Positions 10,001 to 18,301 are shown, counted from the first letter of the stretch. The stretch is DNA of 64,000 bases from Candidatus Aenigmatarchaeota archaeon (GCA_003663325.1 QMZT01000001.1:15366-79365), one strand, 5' to 3'. Notes: generated by a model from the sequence alone, not told the origin. Made by a program: numbers and translations.

Positions 10001-12198
10001 CCTCAGATGCGGGCGAAACAAATATTAGTTTGGTTGTAAATACAACAAATTCAAGTGCAAACATCTCAATAGCTATTAATATTATAAAGAGCGATACATT
10101 ACCACCCCGTATCCATAACGTTTCAATAAACAAAAACAAATTTAACCTTTATCAATATGCAATAATAACCGCTAATGCTAGTGATAACACTCTTATAAAA
10201 CACACCTCTCTGGAGATATCTCATAATAATTATAAGGTTAATATAAGCTCTGAACAAATAGGAGAAGGATTGTATAGGTTTACCTTTTCATCGATAAATG
10301 AAACAGGTAGTTATTGGTACAGGGTATGGGTTTGTGATGTTTTTGACAACTGCAATGTATCCTCTAGCTTCAATTTTTCTGCCTTTAATACATACACTGT
10401 TATAGCAAGTATAGACAAAACCAGGTATAATAAAGGCAGGAACGTTACGTTCTTACTAGAGGTATTAGATGTTAATAATATGAGTGTTGATAACTACAAA
10501 ACAACTTCTATCGTTAAGATAGATAATCCAGAAAGTGAGGTATGTGATGGTTATATAGACTCTGTAAAAAATGCTACATTCTACTATTTCATCTCACCCA
10601 GCGACTATCCAAATTCGGATAATGATGCCTGCTATTATGTGTTTATAAATGTCACCAAAAATGGAAATACAGGGAATGCGAGCCTTTCGTTTAATGTTTC
10701 AAAAAAATTGAACGTAGAGTTTATATCACCTCAGACGGGCGAATATGTACCTGTAGACACACCTGTTCTAGTTGAGATTAGTGTGAATGATGTAAATGAG
10801 AATGTGCTGGATAATGTCAGAGCCCGAGCATATTGCTTTGAATGTGGTGACAAGAATACTATACTTACCTACTATCCGCCACGCAGAACATATGTAAATT
10901 TCCAAGCATTTGATGCACCACAAACAGAAACAGGAGACTTTGCTATATTTGCATATGTAACAGATATCTATGATAATGATCAAGGTGAGAATCCTCCAAG
11001 GGTTGTACCTACCACAATAGAGAGCTCTGTACCACAAACCCAAGCGGCACAGGGCATAGGCGGTACTTCTTCTACCCAAGGGGCAAGTGGAGGAGAAGCA
11101 ACATGTAAATGCGAATTATGGAAAAATGTTGGCTGTGGAGCAAATAAGTGCAAAGCACACGAAATGTATCAAGTAAGGGTATGCGAGCCTGCTGGATGCG
11201 GTATAGAAGAAAGGTGTATAAGGCATAAAGAGTGCGAGCCAAAACGGGATTTTGTATTAAAGGTAAGTGAGCGATATATAAGAATTGGAAAGGGTTACAA
11301 TGCAAGCATCATCATATCTATAGAGAATACAGGCAACACCGCGCTAAACCTCACATTTTTCGTAAAAAAGGAGTGTTGTATAGTGCCAAATCCCGGTCGC
11401 ATTACGATTGACCCAAACGAAAGGGTAGAGATACCCATAGATATTCACGTCCCGCTCTATGAAAGGTCTGGGCAGTACATAATTATAATAGGTGCGAGCT
11501 CCGGGCTACTCAACAAAACCATTGCTATCGATATATTTGCAGCGGAAAGTCCTCTAACAAAAAGGTTTAACGCTCTTAGGAATATACTTAGAGACATAAA
11601 AAACGATATAAAGGAGTATAAAGATTCTGGTATTGATGTCTCAAAACTAGAAGAATTGGTAAGTATTGCTGAAGCGTATCTCAATAGATCACAAGAAAGT
11701 ATTATAAGGGATGATGTAAGTGGGTTAGAGACGTATCTGGATAAAATAAGTGAAAAGCTTGGAATGGCACAAAATGAGCTTGTCTATCTATGGATTTACA
11801 AGTTCCTCAATGAAAATAAGTGGAATCTTACTATAATTGCTATTCTTATATTCATATTCAGCTACATTATCTCTGAGATAATAATACCCTATTATAAACT
11901 TAGCAAGGAGTTGACAGCACTTAAGGAAAAAGAAAACACTTTAGTGCAATCAAGGCTGGAAACAGAGAAACAATACTTTACAAGAAGGATAGATGAGACA
12001 ACATTTAATAAAATGGTTATAGAGATACAACAAAACATATTAAAGGTTAGATCAAAGATAAGAAATAAAACAATTGAAAAGGAAGGGCTTATAAGAGCAA
12101 AGCTTAGGCCATCCTCCCTGCTATATTGGAGTGAAAGCATTATTTTAAGAATTGTTTCGCTCCTAAAGAATATTATCGATAAGGCTAAAGCGAGATAG
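4024..12198 (+). CDS. Giant (2724 aa) membrane-anchored surface glycoprotein with Ig-like repeats
   Basis: Signal peptide; recurring (I/V)D(N/K)xPP domain ends; many N-x-S/T sequons; Cys pairs; C-terminal coiled coil, TM helix and cytoplasmic tail. Confidence 0.85.
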   Translation: MNLKLFSAFIFTLLMIGLVVADTPPPKILLVEDAHFCGGYSPTEKCTNAQIEPFYTKALEANGYEYDTYVVSGSSDNGPDLETLSKYDIVIWFTGEDHKNTLTSVDINNLQQYLDNGGAFFLTGQDIGYDIWDTAFYGEYLHAFYCADSSGEYDHTLVGTNNNPIGDGLFPTIDSTIKGGADNQYFPSVIFYRDGKDIYFRYNMLSSEFYYEYIDAALIICGNGKKYVLRQSVLPAAIKAKTATYKVVYFAFGFEGIDSDADRNEIMKRVIGYLSRPRVKGTRVLEVNGIQYNLTCDKSLDKCSRMLYPYLYYTCYNDQLFGNITDVEFYVYDQNNNLVKQGKPSLQYDANSNKWWGIGVIIINGLADGPYVVKLRCKDSDGFWSKFDEVNLTIDNTFDNKPIIDSVEGKTSTPIYTNKVEPTITTTYLANKELPEKMLFLCYNSTSIIKNTTLEWITYQASYNFNITNTFYNCSSSDGLRRVYLFYMDKAGNVILPKDGDGYKDIILDRVKPEIHSISPTGYIKSGTNIAVNASDGLSGIATAIYNNGTHNFTFTPNISFDPHWQVEGISTLKVWITDNAGNVRYASYNYIVDNTPPTIDVIEPDNNSLTNKQSIEIRFNVTDQAGVDNNSINVVVSNGSIYSSICNQINNGYACTYLWNTTNLTFGNYTIRIYASDSLNNSAYDIINVKIDRIPPIITIIQPPNEYNTTSSNNLLNVSAYDNTDIDYESAYFIFKNLTAEYNESAYKGSWKQLTYSNGYFISTFSVELGLSDGHYKLLVSINDTLGNMNIAWVNISIDNTPPQTTDNSSSVDVWYRSDQYISLSCSDNMMGCNETYYCVASQLCIPSIKGNSTSVTCNDGDECILYVFYKSIDKVGNEENIKSSNKIKIDKRAPTITIENPTQGRVYSGIIELRATISDHGSGVDNAWYEIINASNTSEIIATGALQAPLYNSTWNSSNYTYATLIFKVYANDTLGNNATANVTFDVNNKKPTATIYYPKYIFIGKAFNLDLRAKRENGNLSNASYTIFNASDIVKTNTTTGINKSEFKFSDLVTIDILADGNYTINFTAYDYAIPPNKAFDSAWFYVDKIPPQTIDSSDPQERWKGSDVYINLSCYDNAAGCETLVYCINTSNQDCQPNKSVSIDKNISILISCNEGDECIKWIKYYSNDTVNNTETLKASYAIKIDKKAPITADNSSSEWKNGDQIIQLNCSDTGSGCNVTLYCIDDTGACVPQNIYEGYVNLTCNDICKKYIRYRSNDSVGNLEPIKTSKLIRIDKSLPQTAISPNSSYLPINTPFSLSCSDTGSGCNKTYYKIIDSNGICPSTGYSEGENGIVSCDNGAVCEKRICYYSSDMAGNKENVKVSGIFKIDKAPPVLTALYINVTDDTIFGDKRVLNGSIIKVYVNLSDTSNVSSVNVTVKTPSKLFNLTLSLEDGNYSNGTWSNVLVVNETGIYNLTYIYALDSFNNKLVTYRGYYFHSVVPRLNILLNNKTFADAGKTYILEMKASFNITLINPVLIIYLPPFFENKSVYKCTFSGGCDITKFGDVLHVNASGYGTYLSINTNIFANTIASDTNVSWNTSYNNLQFKNKTIILTPQINITNTWCDGKACTVDQNKVFNLTIEVSNIKSDKHSGTAYNITLNITFHNATSALVPIGDLPSNSSANITIRVNITEAGNKSISMFAFDGTCSYNSSNTTLIIVVRDKEKPTVELVEFEDSYVNVNETINYYVTARDNVGIGSIIAQINDSEGLESNYTLSLFAGSKEYGIWRLSYVYTQKEGIYKIMKIYVNDTAGNTLSYTPPINASVFYVTAFILNMSLSPQILTIGEGVNIYVNISNNASPITNVYATIVKPNNYTKSYELNYDGYENGKYIYSLEYTNTTTSGSYIVNLTVRTKIEKNAKAYFSVPYGFPSLVSSSGNNISVPPNTKFNITWLIKPVNGDLLSVNATIFIENKSVINTSEGYKKFVGNIYWEKYKDNGKMLMWEFNASDAGETNISLVVNTTNSSANISIAINIIKSDTLPPRIHNVSINKNKFNLYQYAIITANASDNTLIKHTSLEISHNNYKVNISSEQIGEGLYRFTFSSINETGSYWYRVWVCDVFDNCNVSSSFNFSAFNTYTVIASIDKTRYNKGRNVTFLLEVLDVNNMSVDNYKTTSIVKIDNPESEVCDGYIDSVKNATFYYFISPSDYPNSDNDACYYVFINVTKNGNTGNASLSFNVSKKLNVEFISPQTGEYVPVDTPVLVEISVNDVNENVLDNVRARAYCFECGDKNTILTYYPPRRTYVNFQAFDAPQTETGDFAIFAYVTDIYDNDQGENPPRVVPTTIESSVPQTQAAQGIGGTSSTQGASGGEATCKCELWKNVGCGANKCKAHEMYQVRVCEPAGCGIEERCIRHKECEPKRDFVLKVSERYIRIGKGYNASIIISIENTGNTALNLTFFVKKECCIVPNPGRITIDPNERVEIPIDIHVPLYERSGQYIIIIGASSGLLNKTIAIDIFAAESPLTKRFNALRNILRDIKNDIKEYKDSGIDVSKLEELVSIAEAYLNRSQESIIRDDVSGLETYLDKISEKLGMAQNELVYLWIYKFLNENKWNLTIIAILIFIFSYIISEIIIPYYKLSKELTALKEKENTLVQSRLETEKQYFTRRIDETTFNKMVIEIQQNILKVRSKIRNKTIEKEGLIRAKLRPSSLLYWSESIILRIVSLLKNIIDKAKAR

Positions 12199-12202
12199 TT
12201 AG

Positions 12203-12754
12203 CTAAATACCTGTAAACAGTTGCCTTATACTTTTTCCTATCGATATTGAGAATAGTTTATAGTTGGTAGGGCCTGTTAAAACGAGCTTCACATCAGACT
12301 GTATACCTTTACATAACCCATTAAGGAAAAGCCATAAAATACTATCCAGAGCTTTTTTGTTACCCAACATTTTAATGGTCATATATTCATTAGGTACCTG
12401 TGAAATTATATTTAGAGAGAACATTACCATTCCCTTCCCATTTGAGCTAACAAAATTCCCAACCTTGCTATATCCTGCCCTATGCCTTTTATCAAACACT
12501 TCCCTGATACAGATGCCTAGCATCTCTGACACTATACTATAAACATCATTATTATTCTCAGCCTTTACTATCAAACCAAACCCCCCATGGTATGATATAT
12601 CACTTAAAATTTTGTTTAACGTACTGTTATTTGTTTCTATGCATCTTTCTTTGCAATCAAGGCTAAACCTTATAAATACCTTATTCCCTCTACCACTCAT
12701 CTTTATTTCCACAACGTTTTGTGATACCTTTATCCTCATTGTTACTGATTCCAT
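12203..12754 (-). CDS. Degenerate imidazoleglycerol-phosphate dehydratase (HisB)-like protein
   Basis: Pattern IETNNSTLNKILSDISYHGGFGLIVKA...SEMLGICIREVF...GYSKVG resembles IGPD, but the metal-binding His motifs are absent; start uncertain (ORF open to 12808). Confidence 0.45.
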   Translation of the reverse strand: MESVTMRIKVSQNVVEIKMSGRGNKVFIRFSLDCKERCIETNNSTLNKILSDISYHGGFGLIVKAENNNDVYSIVSEMLGICIREVFDKRHRAGYSKVGNFVSSNGKGMVMFSLNIISQVPNEYMTIKMLGNKKALDSILWLFLNGLCKGIQSDVKLVLTGPTNYKLFSISIGKSIRQLFTGI

Positions 12755-12756
12755 GC

Positions 12757-13770
12757 TTACCTTGCCTTCATCCATTTCTTCCCAGCTATCCTTATCTCCT
12801 CTCCACATGCATTACATCTTTCATTGTATGAAACAATATGAAATCCGTATCTCTTTATAAGAAGATTCCCACATTTCCAGCAATATGTGGACTCATTCTT
12901 ATGACCAAATACATTCCCAATATAAACATAACGCATACCCATGTTTTTTGCAATGCTATAGGCACGCTCTAATATATGTAATGGTGTTGATCGAATATCC
13001 ATTAACTTGTAATCAGGGTGAAACGCTGAAAAGTGGATAGGTGTTGACTCACCAAGATTCTTTTTGATCCATAGCACTATATTCTCTATAGCTTCTTTAC
13101 TATCATTATACCCGGGTATAATTAGTGTCGTGGTCTCTATCCAAACACCACACTCCTTGTACTCTTTCAATGCATTAAATATTGGTCTTATATCCGGCAC
13201 CATCGCCATTGTTCTGTAAAACCTTTCATCACCCTTGATATCAACATTTATGGCATCCATGTACTTAGATACCCTTTTAACAGCATCCTTATTTGTATAA
13301 CCATTACTGACCCATACATTATACAGCCCATTTTTCTTTGCCAATCTCATTACATCATATGCATACTCATAAAATATTGTTGGCTCAGTATAGGTATATG
13401 CAATGCCCTCCACACCATTTTCCATGGCTAACTCTACCATATGCTCTGGCTCTATCTCCTCACCGTATACCTCATCAAATTCCTGACTAAGTTGCCAGTT
13501 CTGACAAAATTTGCATCTTAAATTACACCCAACAGTTGCAAAAGAAAGACACTGACTACCTGGAGCAAAATGAAACAATGGCTTTTTTTCTATCGGGTCA
13601 ATAGCTATGGCTGCTGCCTTTCCATAATTTAAAGAATAAAGAATACCATTCACATTTTTTCTAACTCTGCAAAATCCAGTAGTATTGTTAGCTATTATAC
13701 ACCCTCTAGGGCAAAGTTCACATCTTACCCTTTTATTCTCTAATTCCCTGTAAAACATCGCTTTTCTCAT
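12757..13770 (-). CDS. amrS: AmmeMemoRadiSam system radical SAM enzyme
   Basis: N-terminal CELCPRGC..GFCRVR, DPIEKKPLFHF, CNLRCKFCQN, YTYTEP, C-terminal Zn ribbon. Confidence 0.93.
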   Translation of the reverse strand: MRKAMFYRELENKRVRCELCPRGCIIANNTTGFCRVRKNVNGILYSLNYGKAAAIAIDPIEKKPLFHFAPGSQCLSFATVGCNLRCKFCQNWQLSQEFDEVYGEEIEPEHMVELAMENGVEGIAYTYTEPTIFYEYAYDVMRLAKKNGLYNVWVSNGYTNKDAVKRVSKYMDAINVDIKGDERFYRTMAMVPDIRPIFNALKEYKECGVWIETTTLIIPGYNDSKEAIENIVLWIKKNLGESTPIHFSAFHPDYKLMDIRSTPLHILERAYSIAKNMGMRYVYIGNVFGHKNESTYCWKCGNLLIKRYGFHIVSYNERCNACGEEIRIAGKKWMKAR

Positions 13771-13800
13771 TTTAAGAATTATATAATTTTAGCTTAAAAA

Positions 13801-13995
13801 TGCCCCGGCCGGGATTTCCCATGCTTATTGGTTGCAGGATGCATCGAAACCCGCTGGTGGTTTCGATTTTGAACCCGGGTCTTCGGCTTTCCTCGCTTAT
13901 TTCATAGCATAGCGATGCATGCTCAACCCTTCCAAGCCATTTCATTATTCAAGCTCGAAAGGCCGATATCCTTGGCCGGACTAGACTACCGGGGC
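13801..13995 (-). tRNA. tRNA-Glu(UUC) with two introns: 67 nt at 37/38 (13889-13955) and 53 nt in the T loop (~59/60, 13815-13867)
   Basis: Acceptor GCCCCGG/CCGGGGC; anticodon arm TCGGC-CT TTC G|A-GCCGA; BHB CTTT/GAGG with outer GCTT/AAGC; T arm CCGGG-TTCAAA|T-CCCGG. Confidence 0.93.
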
Positions 13996-14045
13996 ATAAA
14001 ATAGATAACTTATTTAAAATTTATATTTTTGAGCCTTTTAACTTA

Positions 14046-14840
14046 CTAAATCTTGGTATAGTAGCTTAGCTTTGCATTTTTAAGTGCATACCTGCTGTGT
14101 TTGTTAAAATCGGGGAGTAAGAGAAATGGAGATGTTATATTTACTTGTATTGTAGCTGAACATGGTTTGCTGTGCTTCTCTATAACGCCTGCCTTTATTT
14201 CATAACCATCCTCTATCCTATCTATTAACACATCACCAAGATTAACAGCGCTGCATGCACTCCTTCTTATCTCTTTCAGTATCTTGTTACCTTTTTCTAC
14301 AAGAGGCATTATATTTATGCTATAATTTTTAGTTGGATGAAATGCTAGTTTTAGGGTTACTCTTTCACCCCCGAGTGGATAGTTTTCAACAAATGTGATA
14401 TACCTTTTTGCCAGATCAATTCTAATTTTATCCTCCATTTTAAGCTCTATATCTCTTATATCATATACCGGTAATTTTACAAACCTTCCCATGAAATTGA
14501 AGCCTGTGAGTGTATATCTATTCAAATTTTTTATGGTCTCATTCTTCATACTTGCTATAACATATGCATTATCAAGCTCCCCTTCCCATACCTCTTTACC
14601 AAAACCACTAGCTAGCAGTGCTAGTAATGCATTATAGATGGAATAATCTAGTGCAGTATCCATGTAAATCTTAGCCGAATATAATGCATTCTTAGCCATA
14701 TATATATCTTTCATAACGCTAACCTCTACCCCAGATTTCATAAGAAATGTTTTATTTATAGCCATGAAAATCATAGCTGAAAGGATGAATATTGCTATGA
14801 TTATGTATAGGTTTGTTTCAAAACCCTTTCTTTTTTTCAT
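14046..14840 (-). CDS. Pilin-like protein with class III signal peptide
   Basis: MKKRKG|FETNLYIIIAIFILSAMIF; last gene of a coupled operon. Confidence 0.7.
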   Translation of the reverse strand: MKKRKGFETNLYIIIAIFILSAMIFMAINKTFLMKSGVEVSVMKDIYMAKNALYSAKIYMDTALDYSIYNALLALLASGFGKEVWEGELDNAYVIASMKNETIKNLNRYTLTGFNFMGRFVKLPVYDIRDIELKMEDKIRIDLAKRYITFVENYPLGGERVTLKLAFHPTKNYSINIMPLVEKGNKILKEIRRSACSAVNLGDVLIDRIEDGYEIKAGVIEKHSKPCSATIQVNITSPFLLLPDFNKHSRYALKNAKLSYYTKI

Positions 14841-15790
14841 GAAATCACCACCCTGCCTTTATTCCCGTTAGGAAGGGGTATATCAAATTCATAAACCACC
14901 TGTTTCTTTGATACAATCGCTTGCTCACAATTATCTGGCGGTGAAACAAAGTAATGGCAAGGGTTTAATGCTTTACCCCTGCTGTCTATGATACCAAAAT
15001 GCAGATGTGGACCAGAGCTATAACCCGTATTCCCACATATGCCCAATCTTGTATTACTATTAACCCTCTCCCCTACTCTCACATATACATTTTTGAGGTG
15101 GTAATACACTGTATATATATTTCCATACCCCTCAATATAATGCCTTATCTTTACACTGTTTCCCAATCCATCGTTACATGAGCAACTATGCATACCCCAC
15201 TCATTCTTACTCTTTATCGTGCAATCAATACCTTGATTTTCCTTACACCCTGTGGTAACACTTTCAACTATACCGCTCAAAGCAGGGTAAACATCATCAC
15301 CATCACATTTAAAATCCACACCCCGGTGAAACTCATAACCAAATTTTAGTGCACGCAGCCCATAACCAGAAGTTATTACTACATTCCTTTTATGCAATGG
15401 CAAGCCTAGTACGATACCTTCTATTTTTTCACTTTCTTTATTATACCCTTTCCAAACCCTTCTTACTACCTTACCACCTTCCATAATTACAAGATGATAA
15501 TCATTTCCAAATAATAATGCCAGTGTGTCATTTACCCACTTTTCATATCCCGTCTTGTTATTGTAAAGCATACCAAGAGCCTGCATACCATTTATTCCAC
15601 CTTTTTCTCTGGAAAGCAGCGCTAATATATTATTTCCCTTATCGCTTAGCCTAAACGCAACACTTAGCTCGTTTCTCAACGAGAATAATGAGCCTTTGTT
15701 TACAAAAGAAAGTATGCTAAGAAAAAGGTAACCTATCATGAATACCAAAAATAATACTATTATATCTGCAAAACCCTTATATCTTAACAT
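14837..15790 (-). CDS. Pilin-like protein carrying an M23 metallo-endopeptidase domain
   Basis: MLRYKG|FADIIVLFLVF N-terminus; ITSGYGLR, HRGVD (HxxxD), YYHL, GNTGYSSGPHLHF (HxH). Confidence 0.9.
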   Translation of the reverse strand: MLRYKGFADIIVLFLVFMIGYLFLSILSFVNKGSLFSLRNELSVAFRLSDKGNNILALLSREKGGINGMQALGMLYNNKTGYEKWVNDTLALLFGNDYHLVIMEGGKVVRRVWKGYNKESEKIEGIVLGLPLHKRNVVITSGYGLRALKFGYEFHRGVDFKCDGDDVYPALSGIVESVTTGCKENQGIDCTIKSKNEWGMHSCSCNDGLGNSVKIRHYIEGYGNIYTVYYHLKNVYVRVGERVNSNTRLGICGNTGYSSGPHLHFGIIDSRGKALNPCHYFVSPPDNCEQAIVSKKQVVYEFDIPLPNGNKGRVVIS

Positions 15791-16553
15791 ATAACCTACC
15801 TACATGTACCTCCCTTTCAACAACTATACAAATCCTGTTTCTTTTATTTTTACATTCATTCATACTTTTTGCAAATTTTAGTACAGCTAGAGTATTTTTC
15901 ATAATATTTGCCCGGGTAAATAAGTACACGCTTGCATTACCTCCACTTTTATAAATACCATCTATATACTCTTTAAATCTCTCTACATCATCGCTATTAC
16001 GTATAACAAATGTGCTTGCATTACCAGCTTCAATTCTCTTGATTTTCAAAAAAAGATTGTTATTTTTAGAATAAATGCTAAGCATATAGCTTCTGTTCTT
16101 TTCAAATAAGATATCGTCGCTAGCAACAACATCTTTGTACTCTATCGGAACGAATATTTCATGCCATGAATATGACGAATGCTTCTTTATTTCTCTTTTA
16201 ACCTCTACAACCTCTCTTAAAAACTCATCGCCAATCCCAAATTTCCATTGCTTGCCATTTTCAAGATCTGTTATTGTTATTGTTAGCGGTTGTGGTAACA
16301 TACACTTCTCTACAATATCCTTCTCGCTTATTGTATCGAGCACAGCTGAACTTATGCTTCCATTGCCAAGTTGTTGAAGACAATGTTTTATAGAATGTGC
16401 AATCTTAAATGCATCCACCCCTTCTGTAGGCATTTTTATTCTCCCCTCCAGTTTAATGAAATGTTCAACAAAGTACATTGAAAGCAAAATGCTGGCGGTA
16501 ACAAATATGATGGTGCTGATTATAACTTTAGCATCTGCATATCCTCTTAGCAT
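15777..16553 (-). CDS. Pilin-like protein with class III signal peptide
   Basis: MLRG|YADAKVIISTIIFVTASILLS; overlaps both neighbouring genes. Confidence 0.65.
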   Translation of the reverse strand: MLRGYADAKVIISTIIFVTASILLSMYFVEHFIKLEGRIKMPTEGVDAFKIAHSIKHCLQQLGNGSISSAVLDTISEKDIVEKCMLPQPLTITITDLENGKQWKFGIGDEFLREVVEVKREIKKHSSYSWHEIFVPIEYKDVVASDDILFEKNRSYMLSIYSKNNNLFLKIKRIEAGNASTFVIRNSDDVERFKEYIDGIYKSGGNASVYLFTRANIMKNTLAVLKFAKSMNECKNKRNRICIVVEREVHVGRLYVKI

Positions 16554-17503
16554 ACCTCACACCTCAATGAAAATCTCTTGGAAAAGCATTTCTCGTAATA
16601 ACAAAGGGTTCTTTTCACATACACCTTTGTCTCTTCTTTACATTTTTCATCAATATGCCTTTCCACAATTTCCCAACAATTAGAAGTGGTGCAGTATTTA
16701 TTTACAAGCCATTCTATATTCTTTGGACCACAATTGTAGGATGCAAGCGTAAGCATGATTTTGCTGTCTCCATAATCTTTAAACTTGTTTATAAGCTGCG
16801 ACAGATACCTTACACCACCTTCAATATTCTCCTCTGGATTATAAGCATCTATGCCCAAGCTATCTGCTGTTGTTGGCATTATCTGCATATAACCAATTGC
16901 CCCTGCTGGCGAGACAAGGAAACCATCTTCATCACAATGCCTAAAATTGCTCTCCGAAGCCATCACCGCCATTACAAGGGCTTTATCAACATTATATATG
17001 TTTGCATACTTCTCTATTTTCGCCTTTAACCATTCATCACCAGGCTGCATGCATCGCCATTCTTTTGATATAACTATGCCTCTCTGGTCCTTGGTCAAAA
17101 GCACATGTGTAATATTCTCCAATCTCTCACACTTGCTCCCTTTGCACTCTATAGCAAGTTTTCCTGTAAATAGAACCTTTTTACTTTTTCCAACAATCTT
17201 ACCATCCTTTATCAATTCAAGCATTATATAATGGCTGCCTTTCTTGCCAAGGCTTATAAATGGGCTGAACCTGCCTATCTCTATGTTGTAAGTATTGTTA
17301 AATTTCTTTTCAATTACGCCATAATCAACATCTGATAATGCACTTAAATAGACAGCAAGTATATTAGCATCAAGCTCAACCATAATTTTTGGTACCATGC
17401 CTATAGTTGGTTGTAGAAGCTTTGTAAATATCGCGACCAATAAAAGCATAGAAACTAATACGGTGCCAATAATGATAAAAGTCATTTTTATACTTGCTAA
17501 CAT
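16547..17503 (-). CDS. Membrane-anchored/pilin-like protein with C-terminal soluble lytic transglycosylase (SLT, GH23) domain
   Basis: N-terminal hydrophobic helix; AVMASESNF (catalytic Glu), SPAGAIGYMQIMPTTA, NIEGGVRYL, LASYNCGP. Confidence 0.9.
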   Translation of the reverse strand: MLASIKMTFIIIGTVLVSMLLLVAIFTKLLQPTIGMVPKIMVELDANILAVYLSALSDVDYGVIEKKFNNTYNIEIGRFSPFISLGKKGSHYIMLELIKDGKIVGKSKKVLFTGKLAIECKGSKCERLENITHVLLTKDQRGIVISKEWRCMQPGDEWLKAKIEKYANIYNVDKALVMAVMASESNFRHCDEDGFLVSPAGAIGYMQIMPTTADSLGIDAYNPEENIEGGVRYLSQLINKFKDYGDSKIMLTLASYNCGPKNIEWLVNKYCTTSNCWEIVERHIDEKCKEETKVYVKRTLCYYEKCFSKRFSLRCEVC

Positions 17504-18024
17504 TTCTCCCCCTCTTTAAGTCTGCTAAGCCTTATACTAATACCATCCTCTAGCTCCTCAACGTGCATGCAATACTCATCTATACCCTCACCAGGCCCAT
17601 CAATCCTTTCCATATTCGTACTTATGCGATACTTTTTGGCTATGCATTCTGTTTTTGCAGGCTTTTTTACCAAATCCAGCAAGTTTCCCTTGTAAAGCTT
17701 TGAAAAAAATGAAATGATGCCTGAGCTTCTTCTTGGTACTATTACAATAAAACTCTTACCACTCTTTCCAATGCACGCAGCTATACTTGAGGCCTTTTCT
17801 GTGCTCTTCCCTGTAAGAAACAAGATATGGTCCACACAATCTCCAATGCTCACTAAAGAATTCCCTTCCTTTATATTGTAAAACGGTAGCACAGCCTCTG
17901 ACCAACATTTCGTATAAGCTGTGCTTATAACAAATCTGAGAAATATCACACTCACTATCGCTATCAATATAAGTATGCCGAAAACAATGAATATTGTCTG
18001 TGCCTCTGGTCCATCTGCTTTCAT
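17497..18024 (-). CDS. Pilin-like protein, Cys-rich
   Basis: MKA|DGPEAQTIFIVFGILILIAIVSVIF; paired cysteines. Confidence 0.6.
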   Translation of the reverse strand: MKADGPEAQTIFIVFGILILIAIVSVIFLRFVISTAYTKCWSEAVLPFYNIKEGNSLVSIGDCVDHILFLTGKSTEKASSIAACIGKSGKSFIVIVPRRSSGIISFFSKLYKGNLLDLVKKPAKTECIAKKYRISTNMERIDGPGEGIDEYCMHVEELEDGISIRLSRLKEGEKC

Positions 18025-18054
18025 ATTTAATATTTATTTTCTAAAATATAAGAG

Positions 18055-18186
18055 TCAAGCAAATGGCAATAACTTCTCTATCTCTGTCAAAGAAAGCCTT
18101 GAAAGGACTATTATCGCGAGTGTTATAAACACTATTATCAGTATTATTTGAACTATGTGCTCATACAAAAATGATACCACACCCAT
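18055..18186 (-). CDS. 43-aa single-TM micro-protein (mini-pilin-like)
   Basis: Manual translation MGVVSFLYEHIVQIILIIVFITLAIIVLSRLSLTEIEKLLPFA; ATG directly follows the upstream TAA. Confidence 0.6.
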   Translation of the reverse strand: MGVVSFLYEHIVQIILIIVFITLAIIVLSRLSLTEIEKLLPFA

Positions 18187-18294
18187 TTATATCCCCAAAT
18201 ACTCTGCAAACCTTTGAAGGAGGAGCACAGTAAGGATGACAACGCCTAAGGATATGATTATGGTTACAAGCCTCATTAAATCCATACCCCTCAT
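18187..18294 (-). CDS. 35-aa mini-pilin-like protein
   Basis: MRG|MDLMRLVTIIISLGVVILTVLLLQRFAEYLGI; SD-like GAGGT just upstream. Confidence 0.65.
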   Translation of the reverse strand: MRGMDLMRLVTIIISLGVVILTVLLLQRFAEYLGI

Positions 18295-18301
18295 ATTACC
18301 T

